Source: an uncultured Gammaproteobacteria bacterium | GTDB taxonomy: Bacteria > Patescibacteriota > Patescibacteriia > Patescibacteriales > WJLG01 | Assembly (NCBI GenBank): GCA_964602485.1 | Contig: CAZRQU010000002.1 | Coordinates: 67,566 to 131,565, forward strand | DNA: 64,000 bases | Direction: 5' to 3' | Shown here: piece by piece, positions 20,031-32,011 of the stretch | Layout: each line of letters starts with the position of its first letter | Numbering within the stretch: the stretch's first letter is position 1 | Program-made: the position numbers and the translations under genes | Notes under the pieces: model-generated | What the model was told of the DNA's origin: nothing | Database searches by the model: none | The model's input: only the letters and a program-made list of their open reading frames with translations

Positions 20031-20942
20031 CTAAGGGCTGTATATGTCGTCTTTAAGGATGTTTATATCCGGATCTATCTTGGCTTCGGTTATACCTCCT
20101 ATGTAACCCGGCCAGGTTATCTTTATAGGTTCCTTTTTGTTCGATCCAAAATCCTTTATAACATAACGATTGACTCCCACTACTTTACTACTCCTGAAAA
20201 GGATTATGTTTATGGGCATTTCATAATAGCTGTAAGGTGTTTGATTCTCGACCGTGAATTCAAGCAGGTTGAGATTGATCTTCTCGGTCAATTCGTTCTG
20301 CGAGGCCGGAGTGAATTCCACCTCCCCTATTTTGAGATCCAGATGTTCATCCTCGAAGCTGTCCCAGTCGGATATGTCATGAGGGTTGAGCTTGACCCAA
20401 GAGGTGTTTTTGACCATGAATTTGACATTTTTTCTTTTTGCCCCTAATTCATGAGCCAAGGACAGTATGTATTTTGTCTGTTCTGGTAAAATGAAGTCCT
20501 TTTTGCAATCCAGCTCTTGAGAGCCCATTATAAAACAATATGAGATAAGCCCCCAATGTTTGGCATTGGGATTTTTGATCACTGTGTAAAGGTCATATTT
20601 CTCACCGGATCTCAACATGTACACAGAGGAAACACTAAGGCTTTGGGCCGCCCTTGATCGCAGGTAAACATAAGGAACCGTTCGCCTTTCAGCCATTGCT
20701 CTGACCATTTCATCATCTCTTTCTTCCAGAACCAGGAAATAGTAACTCCAATGAAAAATAGTGTATCCCCAAGATATCAGAGATACGATAGCCAGTATGG
20801 TTATCACCCCGGTTCTGAATTTTCCTCGGTTCTTAAGCCACCAGAGGCCGAAATTAAGCTTCCTCATAGAAGCGTCTCGAGGATTGTAGCGGTTGTCCAA
20901 GTTGACCTTTTTGCCTTGGTCTTTTGTTTGTTTATTGGTCAT
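20031..20942 (-). CDS. hypothetical membrane protein with one TM helix
   Basis: 303-aa ORF with no recognisable motif. Confidence 0.35.
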   Translation of the reverse strand: MTNKQTKDQGKKVNLDNRYNPRDASMRKLNFGLWWLKNRGKFRTGVITILAIVSLISWGYTIFHWSYYFLVLEERDDEMVRAMAERRTVPYVYLRSRAAQSLSVSSVYMLRSGEKYDLYTVIKNPNAKHWGLISYCFIMGSQELDCKKDFILPEQTKYILSLAHELGAKRKNVKFMVKNTSWVKLNPHDISDWDSFEDEHLDLKIGEVEFTPASQNELTEKINLNLLEFTVENQTPYSYYEMPINIILFRSSKVVGVNRYVIKDFGSNKKEPIKITWPGYIGGITEAKIDPDINILKDDIYSP

Positions 20943-21141
20943 TTTGTGAACATCATCTTATGTTAATCATTTTACCACATATTAAGAGAAAAATAAAAGC
21001 AAGCGATCTTTTAGGCAGTTGCCTTATAAAGGATTTTGTGGCATAAAAAGTTTTAATATTAGCCTATTATCCCTTATGCTTATCCACTTGCTAGTTAGTT
21101 GTTATTTTGCTAAAATTAAAGAGTTATATCATTTATTTTAA

Positions 21142-23178
<2,037 letters not shown>

Positions 23179-23193
23179 ATATATTGGTCATCT

Positions 23194-23625
23194 ATGTATT
23201 CAATATTGATATTACCCCTGTTGTCAGGGTTTTTGGCCCAAGCGGCCAAAATGGTCATAAACGCCGGAAAGCGTAAATTCACTTGGAATGATATTATTGC
23301 TTATTCCGGAATGCCTTCCGGCCATAGTGCTATCGTAGTTTCTTTGACTGCTATAACCGCGCTCAAGGAGGGGCTTTCCTCCCCTGCCTTTGCTATATCT
23401 TTGATATTAGCGGTCATAGTTATCCGAGATGCTTTGGGCATAAGGCGTTATTTGGGCGAACATGGAAAGACGCTCAATATATTGGTTGGCGATCTGGCAG
23501 ACGATGATGTTTTGGAAAAGAGATACCCTCATCATCTGGAGGATATAGGCCACACCCCCTTGCAAGTTTTGGCCGGTTCTGTTTTGGGACTGGCAGTAAG
23601 TATTGCTGGTTATTTCTTGATCTAG
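23194..23625 (+). CDS. divergent PAP2-family membrane protein, DUF212-like
   Basis: 'YSGMPSGHSA' motif. Confidence 0.6.
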   Translation: MYSILILPLLSGFLAQAAKMVINAGKRKFTWNDIIAYSGMPSGHSAIVVSLTAITALKEGLSSPAFAISLILAVIVIRDALGIRRYLGEHGKTLNILVGDLADDDVLEKRYPHHLEDIGHTPLQVLAGSVLGLAVSIAGYFLI

Positions 23626-23642
23626 AATTTTAGATATCATAA

Positions 23643-23670
23643 AACCGGGTTCAAACACCCGGTTTTTTTG
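23643..23670. terminator. Rho-independent terminator
   Basis: aaccggg / cccggtt stem followed by T7. Confidence 0.6.
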
Positions 23671-23674
23671 TTGC

Positions 23675-24484
23675 CTAACTTATCAATATGTTGTTTGTCT
23701 GTTTATGTTCAATACCTATTGACCTGAGAACGGTTGGGGCGATATCAGCCAAGGTTCCGCTTTGTTTCAGTAAAGAAAGATCGTTTCCCGGTGTTTCCCC
23801 GAACTCAACGGTTCGTCCTTCCCAATCATGGGCAACCATTATAAGAGGCACTCCCTTATCCTTTTTATCGCCCTTTTTACAAGAGGTTATGAACAATGAT
23901 CCGTTTTGGCCTAATACGGCTTTGGTCAACTTCTTTATATTGTTATCCAGAGCTACTACTGCTCTGTCTATGGCTTGCTGGTCTTTGCTTAACAAAACCA
24001 TATCCAGATTAGCCAAAGAGATAATTATCAGATCTGTCTTTCCTTCCTTTATCAATTTTACTGCCTGGGAGCAGACTTTTGGAGTGTTCATCTCCGGTTT
24101 GTTGGAATATTCCTCCACTGGCTGCTCAGAAGATATCATTATTCTTTGCTCCCCCTTTCTCACCTCTTCATTATTATTGTTCATAAAATAGGCCAAGTAA
24201 GCGTATTTTTCCACTTCCGCCACCTTGGCTTGTTTTAAGCCGTTTTCTGAAATAATGTCTGTTAGATCATTTTTCCCCCCGGAAAGTATATTATAATTCT
24301 CACCCAGGTCTTTTTTAGGCACCCCTAAAAGAGCTATTGGGTATTTTGATATAAGTTGGTCTATATAGGGCGTGTGATTTCTGCTTATGGCGTTCTCTTC
24401 TCCATTTGGTGGCACCCCCCAGCCATCAACGATCAGCATTACGGTCAGGTTTTTTTTGCTGTTTCCTTGGGATGGTTCGTTCAT
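23675..24484 (-). CDS. iPGM-like metalloenzyme-domain protein, a truncated paralog that is probably catalytically degenerate
   Basis: N-terminus 'LIVDGWGV' and C-terminus 'GTLADIAPTVL' match the two ends of the adjacent gpmI. Lacks 'GNSEAGH' and 'SDHGN'. Sits 1 nt downstream of gpmI. Confidence 0.5.
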   Translation of the reverse strand: MNEPSQGNSKKNLTVMLIVDGWGVPPNGEENAISRNHTPYIDQLISKYPIALLGVPKKDLGENYNILSGGKNDLTDIISENGLKQAKVAEVEKYAYLAYFMNNNNEEVRKGEQRIMISSEQPVEEYSNKPEMNTPKVCSQAVKLIKEGKTDLIIISLANLDMVLLSKDQQAIDRAVVALDNNIKKLTKAVLGQNGSLFITSCKKGDKKDKGVPLIMVAHDWEGRTVEFGETPGNDLSLLKQSGTLADIAPTVLRSIGIEHKQTNNILIS

Positions 24485-24485
24485 A

Positions 24486-26138
24486 TTATTTTATCAAGTT
24501 CTTTCCGGTCATTTCAGACGGTTTTTTCTGTTTGAATATATCTAAAATGGTCGGGGCGATATCGCAAAGAGCTCCATCTTTTCTCAGTTTGGATCTTTTC
24601 TGGTTTTTGTTTACCAGTATGAAGGGAACTTGATTGGTCGAGTGTTCAGTATCCACTTCACCTGTTTTTAGGTTTATCAAACCTTCTATGTTGCCATGAT
24701 CGGATGTGATCATCACTGTGCCTCCTTTTTTCAGATACTCATCCGTTATCTTTTTGACGCATTCATCCAAAGCTTCGCAACACTCAATAGAAGCTTCAAG
24801 GTTGCCGGTGTGAGCCACCATATCCGAGGCAGCGAAATTAAGCACTGTTAGGTCGAATTTTTCTCCTTTAAGATCCTTTAATACTCTGCTAGTAAGTTCT
24901 TTTGATTTCATGGCCGGTGTTTGGTCATACGATTTCACCCCTGGAGAAGGTATCATTACCTGCTTTTCCTTACCAACTTTTCCGGAGTAACCGCCATTGA
25001 AAAAATAGGTCACATGGGCGAATTTTTCCGATTCAGCTATGTAGCATTGTTTGAAATCATCCATAACTATCGGCAAAGTGGCTGCCAGGTCGAAACTGGG
25101 GTAAGCGGTTAGGATATGGTCCAGATCAGGGCCAAAATCGGTCATGGCCGCAAAACGGACATTTTTCAAAGTTTTTGGTCTTTTGAATGATCCCGGATTC
25201 CTTTTTTGAAAATTATGCTGAACGAACAGTTTGCTCAACTGCCTCGCTCTATCTGATCGTAGATTGAAGAATATAACCGAATCATTATCATTTATTATTC
25301 CTTTTTCAGTTATCACATAAGGTTTAATGAATTCATCTGTCTCTTTTCTATTATAACTTTCCACTATGGCTGATTTGGCATTTCTGGCTTTTTTGGCTTT
25401 GCCTAAGACCATGGCCTCGTAGGCCTTTTTAGTCCTGTCCCAATTCTTATTTCTGTCCATGGCGTAGAATCTTCCCATTATGGTAGCTATGTGGACGTTC
25501 GGCTTATTCTTTTTACCTTTTTTCATTTTGTCTCGAGGAGATATCAGACATCCCACCCCGTTTATATCCCTTTTTAGGTAATCAACAAGCTTCAAAGCTT
25601 CGTGTTGCGGAGAGTCGCGTCCATCAGTGAATATATGGAGGTATATATCTTTTATCCCCTCCTTGCTGGCCATATCTACCAATGCCCTTAGGTGACAAGT
25701 GTCGCTATGAGGGCTCATCCCATTGGATAACATTCCCATTATATGAAGCTTGGACTTGTTTTGTTGCGTGTGGTGCATGGCCGTTTTGAAAGCTGTATTC
25801 TTGAAAAAAGTGCCATTCTCTATACTGTTATTTATTATCATGGCATCTTGTTGAACCGTTCGGCCGGCGCCGATATTCATGTGCCCAGCCTCGGAGTTCC
25901 CCACTTGTTTCTTGGGGAGGCCGACGTATTCTCCGTGAGCATAAAGTTTAGTAGACGGATATTCTTTAGCTAAAGCATCTATGGTCGGGGTTTTAGCCAG
26001 GGTGGTTGCATTGCCTCGATTCGGTTTTTCTACTCCCCAGCCATCAAGGATCACCAATATCAAAGGAGAGACAGTCTTGCTCTGTTTTTTCTTTTTTGAG
26101 GTGGCTTTGATATTTTTATTTGTTTTTTTATTAACCAT
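24486..26138 (-). CDS. gpmI: 2,3-bisphosphoglycerate-independent phosphoglycerate mutase
   Basis: 'LVILDGWGV', 'GNSEAGH', 'TSDHGN'. Confidence 0.9.
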   Translation of the reverse strand: MVNKKTNKNIKATSKKKKQSKTVSPLILVILDGWGVEKPNRGNATTLAKTPTIDALAKEYPSTKLYAHGEYVGLPKKQVGNSEAGHMNIGAGRTVQQDAMIINNSIENGTFFKNTAFKTAMHHTQQNKSKLHIMGMLSNGMSPHSDTCHLRALVDMASKEGIKDIYLHIFTDGRDSPQHEALKLVDYLKRDINGVGCLISPRDKMKKGKKNKPNVHIATIMGRFYAMDRNKNWDRTKKAYEAMVLGKAKKARNAKSAIVESYNRKETDEFIKPYVITEKGIINDNDSVIFFNLRSDRARQLSKLFVQHNFQKRNPGSFKRPKTLKNVRFAAMTDFGPDLDHILTAYPSFDLAATLPIVMDDFKQCYIAESEKFAHVTYFFNGGYSGKVGKEKQVMIPSPGVKSYDQTPAMKSKELTSRVLKDLKGEKFDLTVLNFAASDMVAHTGNLEASIECCEALDECVKKITDEYLKKGGTVMITSDHGNIEGLINLKTGEVDTEHSTNQVPFILVNKNQKRSKLRKDGALCDIAPTILDIFKQKKPSEMTGKNLIK

Positions 26139-26139
26139 A

Positions 26140-27405
26140 CTATTTTTTGTTTAGTATATTTTCTATTTCCATCAATCGGTTGTATTTAGCCAGTCTTTCT
26201 CCTCTTGAAAGCGACCCCGACTTTATATATTCACTGCCCACAGCTACTGCCAGGTCAGCTATGAAATCATCCGGCGTTTCTCCACTTCTATGTGAGACCA
26301 TTATTTTGTAATTATGCTCTTGGGCTAATTTTACGCATTCTATGGTTTCGGAAAGGGTCCCGACCTGATTTAGTTTTATCAAAATGGAATTAGCCACTTT
26401 TTCTTTAAGCCCTTTTCTTAACCGGTTTATATTAGTGACGAAAAGATCATCTCCGATCAAAAGCATCTTGTCGCCCAGTTCTTCGGTCATCTTCCTCCAG
26501 GCTTCCCAATCATCTTCAGCCAGGCCATCTTCTATGGATATTATAGGGAATTTCTTCAGCCATTCATTGTAGAGTCCTACCAAAGTGTCGGCCGTAAAAT
26601 GGGAATCATCCAGCTTAAATATATATTTACCGGTGTCTTTATCATAAAGCTCAGAAGAGCCAACATCGGTTCCCAGGCCGATGTCTTTGCCCGGTTCGTA
26701 ACCAGCGTTGATTATAGCGGTTATTATCAGTTCTATTGCCTGAACAGTGGAATTTATATTAGGTGCGTATCCTCCTTCGGCTCCGATATCGGTATCAAAG
26801 CCGGCTTTTTTTAAGACATTTTCCAGTTCGTGGAAAATTTCAGCCCCCATTCTTACCTTTTCCGAGAAAGGCATATCTTTTATAGGCAGTATCATAAATT
26901 CTTGGAAGTCAAGATTGGTGTCTGCGTGTTTTCCGCCATTGAAGATGTTGAACGACGGTGTGGGCAGTTTGTAGTTTTTAGTATCAAACCCATAGGTTTC
27001 GGCCAGATAATCAAAGAGCTCCATCTTAGCTTCAAAAGCGGCCGCTCGGGCGCAGGCCAGGGATACGGCCAGGATCGCGTTGGCTCCTAGCTTCTCTTTG
27101 TTCGGTGTGCCGTCCAGCTTTATCATGGTCTCATCTATTTCTTTTTGGTCGCTTATCTCTTGACCTTTGAGTTTTTTGGCTATTTTATCATTGACATTAG
27201 CCACTGCTTTAAGAACCCCTTTACCTCCGTATCTGTTCTCGTCGCCGTCTCTTAGTTCGAGAGCTTCGTGGATACCGGTGGAGGCGCCTGAAGGCACGGC
27301 CGCCTTGCCACTTATATCGTTTTCTAATACCACCTTGGCTTCAACTGTGGGATCGCCTCGACTGTCTAATATTTCTCTAGCTATTATTTCTTTGATCTTG
27401 CTCAT
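26140..27405 (-). CDS. eno: enolase
   Basis: 'ILDSRGDPTVEA', 'SHRSGETED'-like. Confidence 0.95.
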   Translation of the reverse strand: MSKIKEIIAREILDSRGDPTVEAKVVLENDISGKAAVPSGASTGIHEALELRDGDENRYGGKGVLKAVANVNDKIAKKLKGQEISDQKEIDETMIKLDGTPNKEKLGANAILAVSLACARAAAFEAKMELFDYLAETYGFDTKNYKLPTPSFNIFNGGKHADTNLDFQEFMILPIKDMPFSEKVRMGAEIFHELENVLKKAGFDTDIGAEGGYAPNINSTVQAIELIITAIINAGYEPGKDIGLGTDVGSSELYDKDTGKYIFKLDDSHFTADTLVGLYNEWLKKFPIISIEDGLAEDDWEAWRKMTEELGDKMLLIGDDLFVTNINRLRKGLKEKVANSILIKLNQVGTLSETIECVKLAQEHNYKIMVSHRSGETPDDFIADLAVAVGSEYIKSGSLSRGERLAKYNRLMEIENILNKK

Positions 27406-27493
27406 ATTTTATAGTTATAAATTATAAATGTTTATAATGAAATGACGTAAGCACTATTGCTTTAGTATGCACTAGTTATATTTATCATCTTGA

Positions 27494-28633
27494 TCAAAGT
27501 CCTGGCATTTCTTCCCCACCCAGATAGGTTAGCATGGCTCCGCCTCCGGTAGAGACCCAATCCATGTGATCTACTACTTTGGCCATACTTAAAGCTTGGA
27601 TAGTTTCTCCTCCGCCGGCTATACCGAAAGCCGGACCTTTGGCTCGGCCGGCCACCTTGTGGGCTATGCTTAATGTTCCATGCCTAAAATCCTTTTCTTC
27701 GAACATCCCTAAAGGACCGTTCCAAGCTATGGTGTTAGCCTTTTTGATATGGTCGGAGAAGTTCTTGACTGTTTGCGGGCCGATATCCAATATTTTATCG
27801 TTCTTACCTATCTCATCTATCTTTTTCGAAGTTATTTTGCGTCCAGACTTGACCACAGCATCCACAGGCAGGATTATTTTCTCGCTTTTCATTTTTTTGG
27901 CTATCTTGATGCTTTTTTTGTCAGTCAAGGACTTGCCTACTTCGTATTTTCTGGCTTTAAGGAAATTATTCGCCAAGGCCCCGCCTATCATTATCTTAGA
28001 AGCCTTGGGCTTCAAATTGTCTATTAGCTTTATCTTGGTTTCTACCTTAGCTCCACCCATAACTATTACTAAAGGTTTTTTAGGCTTTTTGATCCGATCC
28101 AGATTGTTAAGTTCTTTGATAAGCAATAAACCGGCAAAAGAAGGCAAGTATCTTTTTATGGCGCAAACAGAAGCATGCTTCCGGTGAGATACTGAAAAGG
28201 CTTCGTTTACGTGTATGTCAGCCATTTGGGCCAAGTTTTTGGCGAATTGAAGATTATTCTTCTCTTCTCCGGGGTCGAATCTTAGATTTTCCAAAAAGAG
28301 TATCTGTCCAGATCTTAGATCTTCGGCTTTTTTAACAACCTTTTTTTCATTAAGCCCGCCGGCGAACCCTACTCGGTTTCCGCCCAATATCTTTTTCAGG
28401 CGTTTAGCTATCACTTCAGTTGATAGTTTTTTTTGTTTTCCCTTAGGGCGTCCAAGATGAGTGCCAATGATCACCTGGCAGTCATAGCGCAGAAGAAAGC
28501 GGATGGTCGGCAAAGCGGCTATTATTTTCTTTTCATCCAATATCTTGCCTTTTTGCAAAGGAACATTCATATCCACCCTAAGAAAAACCTTTTTGTTTTT
28601 TATTTTTTTTATGTTCTTGTCTATTTTTTTCAT
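27494..28633 (-). CDS. pgk: phosphoglycerate kinase
   Basis: 'VFLRVDMNVPL'. A strong SD (aaaggagg) lies upstream. Confidence 0.9.
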   Translation of the reverse strand: MKKIDKNIKKIKNKKVFLRVDMNVPLQKGKILDEKKIIAALPTIRFLLRYDCQVIIGTHLGRPKGKQKKLSTEVIAKRLKKILGGNRVGFAGGLNEKKVVKKAEDLRSGQILFLENLRFDPGEEKNNLQFAKNLAQMADIHVNEAFSVSHRKHASVCAIKRYLPSFAGLLLIKELNNLDRIKKPKKPLVIVMGGAKVETKIKLIDNLKPKASKIMIGGALANNFLKARKYEVGKSLTDKKSIKIAKKMKSEKIILPVDAVVKSGRKITSKKIDEIGKNDKILDIGPQTVKNFSDHIKKANTIAWNGPLGMFEEKDFRHGTLSIAHKVAGRAKGPAFGIAGGGETIQALSMAKVVDHMDWVSTGGGAMLTYLGGEEMPGL

Positions 28634-28733
28634 ATATTTCCTCCTTTATCAGTCAGACCGCCGATGGCGGAAAGACCGGGTAGCTTAAGCTGCGCTTTTG
28701 GACCCAATTATCCAAAAGCAATAGTGAAGAATA

Positions 28734-29918
28734 TTATTTCAACTCCCCGAGAGTGATATCTATCCTATTTTCCTGACCGTCGCGGACATAGACCAAGCTG
28801 ATCTCGTCTCCGGCCAGATGTTTTTGTATCACACTGGTCAGATCGTTATCCTTGTTTATCTCTACGTTATCAATAGAGGTTATTATATCGCCTTGGCGTA
28901 ATCCGGCTTCATCGGCCGGGCTACCAGAGACAACAGCCACTCCGGATCGATCGGCTTGGATAAGTGCTCCTTTTTCGTGTTTATTGTCCTTAATGGCGAA
29001 TTCGGACAGTTCTATGTAGTTAACACCCAAGGTCGGGCGTCCTTTTTCTTCCTTTTTAAGCAGGTTCTTTATTATCGGATTGAAATAGTCCACGAATCGG
29101 GCATCCCCATTTTTGTCCAGCAAGGCTACCAGATCCCCGTTCAGATTGAAGATGAAAGATTGATCGAAGAATAAGGATAGATCATCGGCAAAGATTATAC
29201 TTTCTCCTGAAAGGTCGCTGGACCTGACCATGGAATCTTCCCTTTCCCGGCCTAGAACATAGGTCAAAAAGCTGTTCTTTTCCCAATCAAGCGCTATGAC
29301 CAATTGTCCATTGTTCAAACTCTTCTTGAAGGCGAATTCTCGAACCGGCAGATCATTGGCTTCTTCCATATGAATGAAGAGGAAGTTATTGCCTGCTTCT
29401 CTTACCAGATCGTCTATCTTATAAATTTCTTTTTCTTTGGTAACCACTACATAGTTGGAGAATATGAAATCTTTAGACAAGGTGGATCCAAAATCAGTCA
29501 ATATTACCCAACCGTCACTAGTTACTATCAGGCCCTCGGCTATGTTATTGTCCATTTTATAGTATTGATCAAGGTCGAATTCTTTCTTTTCTTGCTCAAG
29601 TTCATCCTGTTCAGACTCTTCTTCCTTAACCTCTTTTTTCTTAAATATGCCGACAATGCTTCCGGAAGTGGAATTTATGGTTTCATTCACTTTCTTGTCT
29701 TGCTCCACGGTTATGTTCTTAGCGTTCTCTATGATGAAATTGGCCTTGCGTAATTTGTCCGAGGAGAAATTTATCTTCCCATAAAAAGGCACGCTATAAA
29801 TGTCGTTTATAACGTAAGAACGAGTTATTAGACCGCCTGCTATGCCAGCGGCCAGGCCGAAGAATACGGCTATCATTATTAGTAGTAATAGATTGGGATT
29901 CTTGTATTTATCTTTCAT
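28734..29918 (-). CDS. membrane-anchored HtrA-like protein with a C-terminal PDZ domain. Protease catalytic motifs are not evident, so it may be a pseudo-protease
   Basis: TM, trypsin-fold-like spacing without a 'GNSGG' motif, and PDZ 'GALIQADRSGVAVVSGSPADEAGLRQGDII'. Confidence 0.4.
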   Translation of the reverse strand: MKDKYKNPNLLLLIMIAVFFGLAAGIAGGLITRSYVINDIYSVPFYGKINFSSDKLRKANFIIENAKNITVEQDKKVNETINSTSGSIVGIFKKKEVKEEESEQDELEQEKKEFDLDQYYKMDNNIAEGLIVTSDGWVILTDFGSTLSKDFIFSNYVVVTKEKEIYKIDDLVREAGNNFLFIHMEEANDLPVREFAFKKSLNNGQLVIALDWEKNSFLTYVLGREREDSMVRSSDLSGESIIFADDLSLFFDQSFIFNLNGDLVALLDKNGDARFVDYFNPIIKNLLKKEEKGRPTLGVNYIELSEFAIKDNKHEKGALIQADRSGVAVVSGSPADEAGLRQGDIITSIDNVEINKDNDLTSVIQKHLAGDEISLVYVRDGQENRIDITLGELK

Positions 29919-29922
29919 ATTT

Positions 29923-30687
29923 TTATGTCCACTTAGAGGTAAATAGAACCAGTAATATGCTTGAGAAACCTATGGCCAGATACAGTTTGATATTCCGACT
30001 GTTCAAGCTTTTTCTCAAATGGTTCCTGCTTAACCCTATGATTATATAATAACAAATAGTTAAAACCAGACCAACAGAATTATAGTTCAGAGGCAACCAA
30101 TACAGAGTTGCCGCTATTTCCAACAGTATGAGAGTAAGAATGATCAAGTAGACCATTCCTTCCTTGAATGCGAATTTATTGACCCAGACATTTTGTCTTA
30201 GGACCAAGATAACAACAGCTATAATAGTTACAGCCGGTAGCCAGATAGAAACACCTAGAAGCGGCTTTAAGGCGTAAAGCGAAGCTGAGGCAAAGAAAAA
30301 GGTCAAGAAATTGCCGTAAGACGATATATTCTCAAGCAATGATCTTTGTTGCTCCTGCCCGTTCAAGGCCAGTGATCCATAGCTTATCTTCAAATAATTG
30401 AACAAGAATATCGAGCCAAGCAAGTAGAGGAAGTGTATCACATACTTGTTGGCTATAAAGCTGGAATAAAGGGTTAAACTGGCTATGAATATCAATGGTA
30501 ATATATAAAAATTGAGCTGTTCCCAGCCCGTCTTTCCGGTATGAGCAAAAGCGCCTATGGAAAAGATTATCATCGCCGCTATCAAGCCCAAGAACCACCA
30601 AAATTTGGAAGGATCGGCCAATATCGCCTCTAACAACAAAAATACCGCTAAGGGGGTTAAAAAAACAAAAAAATATGAGTGTTTCAT
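29923..30687 (-). CDS. hypothetical polytopic membrane protein
   Basis: 254 aa with about 7 TM helices. Confidence 0.35.
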   Translation of the reverse strand: MKHSYFFVFLTPLAVFLLLEAILADPSKFWWFLGLIAAMIIFSIGAFAHTGKTGWEQLNFYILPLIFIASLTLYSSFIANKYVIHFLYLLGSIFLFNYLKISYGSLALNGQEQQRSLLENISSYGNFLTFFFASASLYALKPLLGVSIWLPAVTIIAVVILVLRQNVWVNKFAFKEGMVYLIILTLILLEIAATLYWLPLNYNSVGLVLTICYYIIIGLSRNHLRKSLNSRNIKLYLAIGFSSILLVLFTSKWT

Positions 30688-30700
30688 AGTTTGTTACAGT

Positions 30701-31027
30701 TTAAGCGAATTTTTCCGCTTCTATCTCTGTCCATTCTTCACTGTCATCATCCCATTGATAGGCCTTCATCTTTTGACTTTTTTCGGTTTCACTATAAACA
30801 TATTCCACTCCTGTGTCAGACCCGGCTCTGTGGGAGTACGTTGTTTTTTTATCCAATATAACCGGTTTTTCCTCATATTCTAGCTTTACCCTTCCTAAGG
30901 GCGATTTGAATATCACGTATTCTATATCTATTCCACCCATTTCGTCTATGTGTTCTTTGTCATGCTCTTCTATTTCGAAATTGTCTAATACGTTGCCTAG
31001 TATCTTTTGCCATTTTTCACTGGTCAT
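30701..31027 (-). CDS. hypothetical acidic protein
   Basis: 108-aa ORF. Confidence 0.35.
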   Translation of the reverse strand: MTSEKWQKILGNVLDNFEIEEHDKEHIDEMGGIDIEYVIFKSPLGRVKLEYEEKPVILDKKTTYSHRAGSDTGVEYVYSETEKSQKMKAYQWDDDSEEWTEIEAEKFA

Positions 31028-31111
31028 AAGCGCGTAGTGAGTTATCTTATTTCTTTAATAATTATAGCATTTTTGGCCTGAAAATCAATGTTTGGATCTT
31101 TATTCAAGCGT

Positions 31112-32011
31112 TTAGCGCTTGCTATACTCGCAACCACAATAGTTCTGGCGATAGAAGTTGTGTTTTTTGGATAGTTCTATGGATCTTTTGAAGCCTTCGT
31201 TCTTTTTGAAGTTTTTATTCAAGAATTCCAAGTTTTGATATTTGTTAGCCGCGTCCTGCCCTATTCGGTTTATCTTTTCTGCTTTTTTATGGGGACTAAC
31301 AGTCAAAGTCGAAGTGAAATAACCTATCTTTTCCTTCTTGGCTTGCTTGGCTGTTCTTTCTAAGCGGTCTTGATAGCAGATCAAGCACCTCTCCCCTCCT
31401 TCAGGGTCATGTTCGTGTCCTTTGGTTTTCTTTTTCCAGTTGGCGTGATCATATTTAGCGGTTATTAGTTTAAGTCCTTTTAAACGGCTAACCTTTTTCA
31501 CGTCTTGCAAGCGTTTATCATATTCCTTCTTGGGGTAGATGCTGGGGTTGTAATAATAAAGGATAACTTGAAAGTCTTTGCTCAGTATTTCTTGGACATG
31601 AATGGCGCAGGTTGCGCAACAGACATGCAAAAGCAGTCTTTTCTTACTGAACATTAGCCAAAAGACTATTATAGCCAGTAAGGTACCGACCATACCGGCA
31701 AAAAAATCCAATATTCCCGGGCTGCGTCCCGGAATGACCATTTGCAAGTACTCGCCGGCAAAAACGAACAAAGAGCCGGCAATGAATCCAAGCAAGCAAG
31801 CCAGCTTTCTATTTATCCTGCCGAAGGTTTCAAGGAAATATATCATCAAAAAAGTGAACACTCCGAATAGGACCAAGTGAGCTGTCTTGTCGTAAAAGGT
31901 TATCCTATGCACTTCCGGCTGGGTGTCGGGCATAGGTGAAAACAAAATGATCGAACAAGCGATCATCCAGCAAAGTAGTAGATATCCTATTATTATCCTT
32001 TTGTTATTCAT
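31112..32011 (-). CDS. queH: VanZ-like membrane domain fused to epoxyqueuosine reductase QueH (DUF208)
   Basis: N-terminal 'DKTAHLVLFGVF' (VanZ-like). C-terminal 'HVCCATC', 'YYNPSIYP' and 'NYCGCEYS' (QueH Cys motifs). Confidence 0.6.
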   Translation of the reverse strand: MNNKRIIIGYLLLCWMIACSIILFSPMPDTQPEVHRITFYDKTAHLVLFGVFTFLMIYFLETFGRINRKLACLLGFIAGSLFVFAGEYLQMVIPGRSPGILDFFAGMVGTLLAIIVFWLMFSKKRLLLHVCCATCAIHVQEILSKDFQVILYYYNPSIYPKKEYDKRLQDVKKVSRLKGLKLITAKYDHANWKKKTKGHEHDPEGGERCLICYQDRLERTAKQAKKEKIGYFTSTLTVSPHKKAEKINRIGQDAANKYQNLEFLNKNFKKNEGFKRSIELSKKHNFYRQNYCGCEYSKR

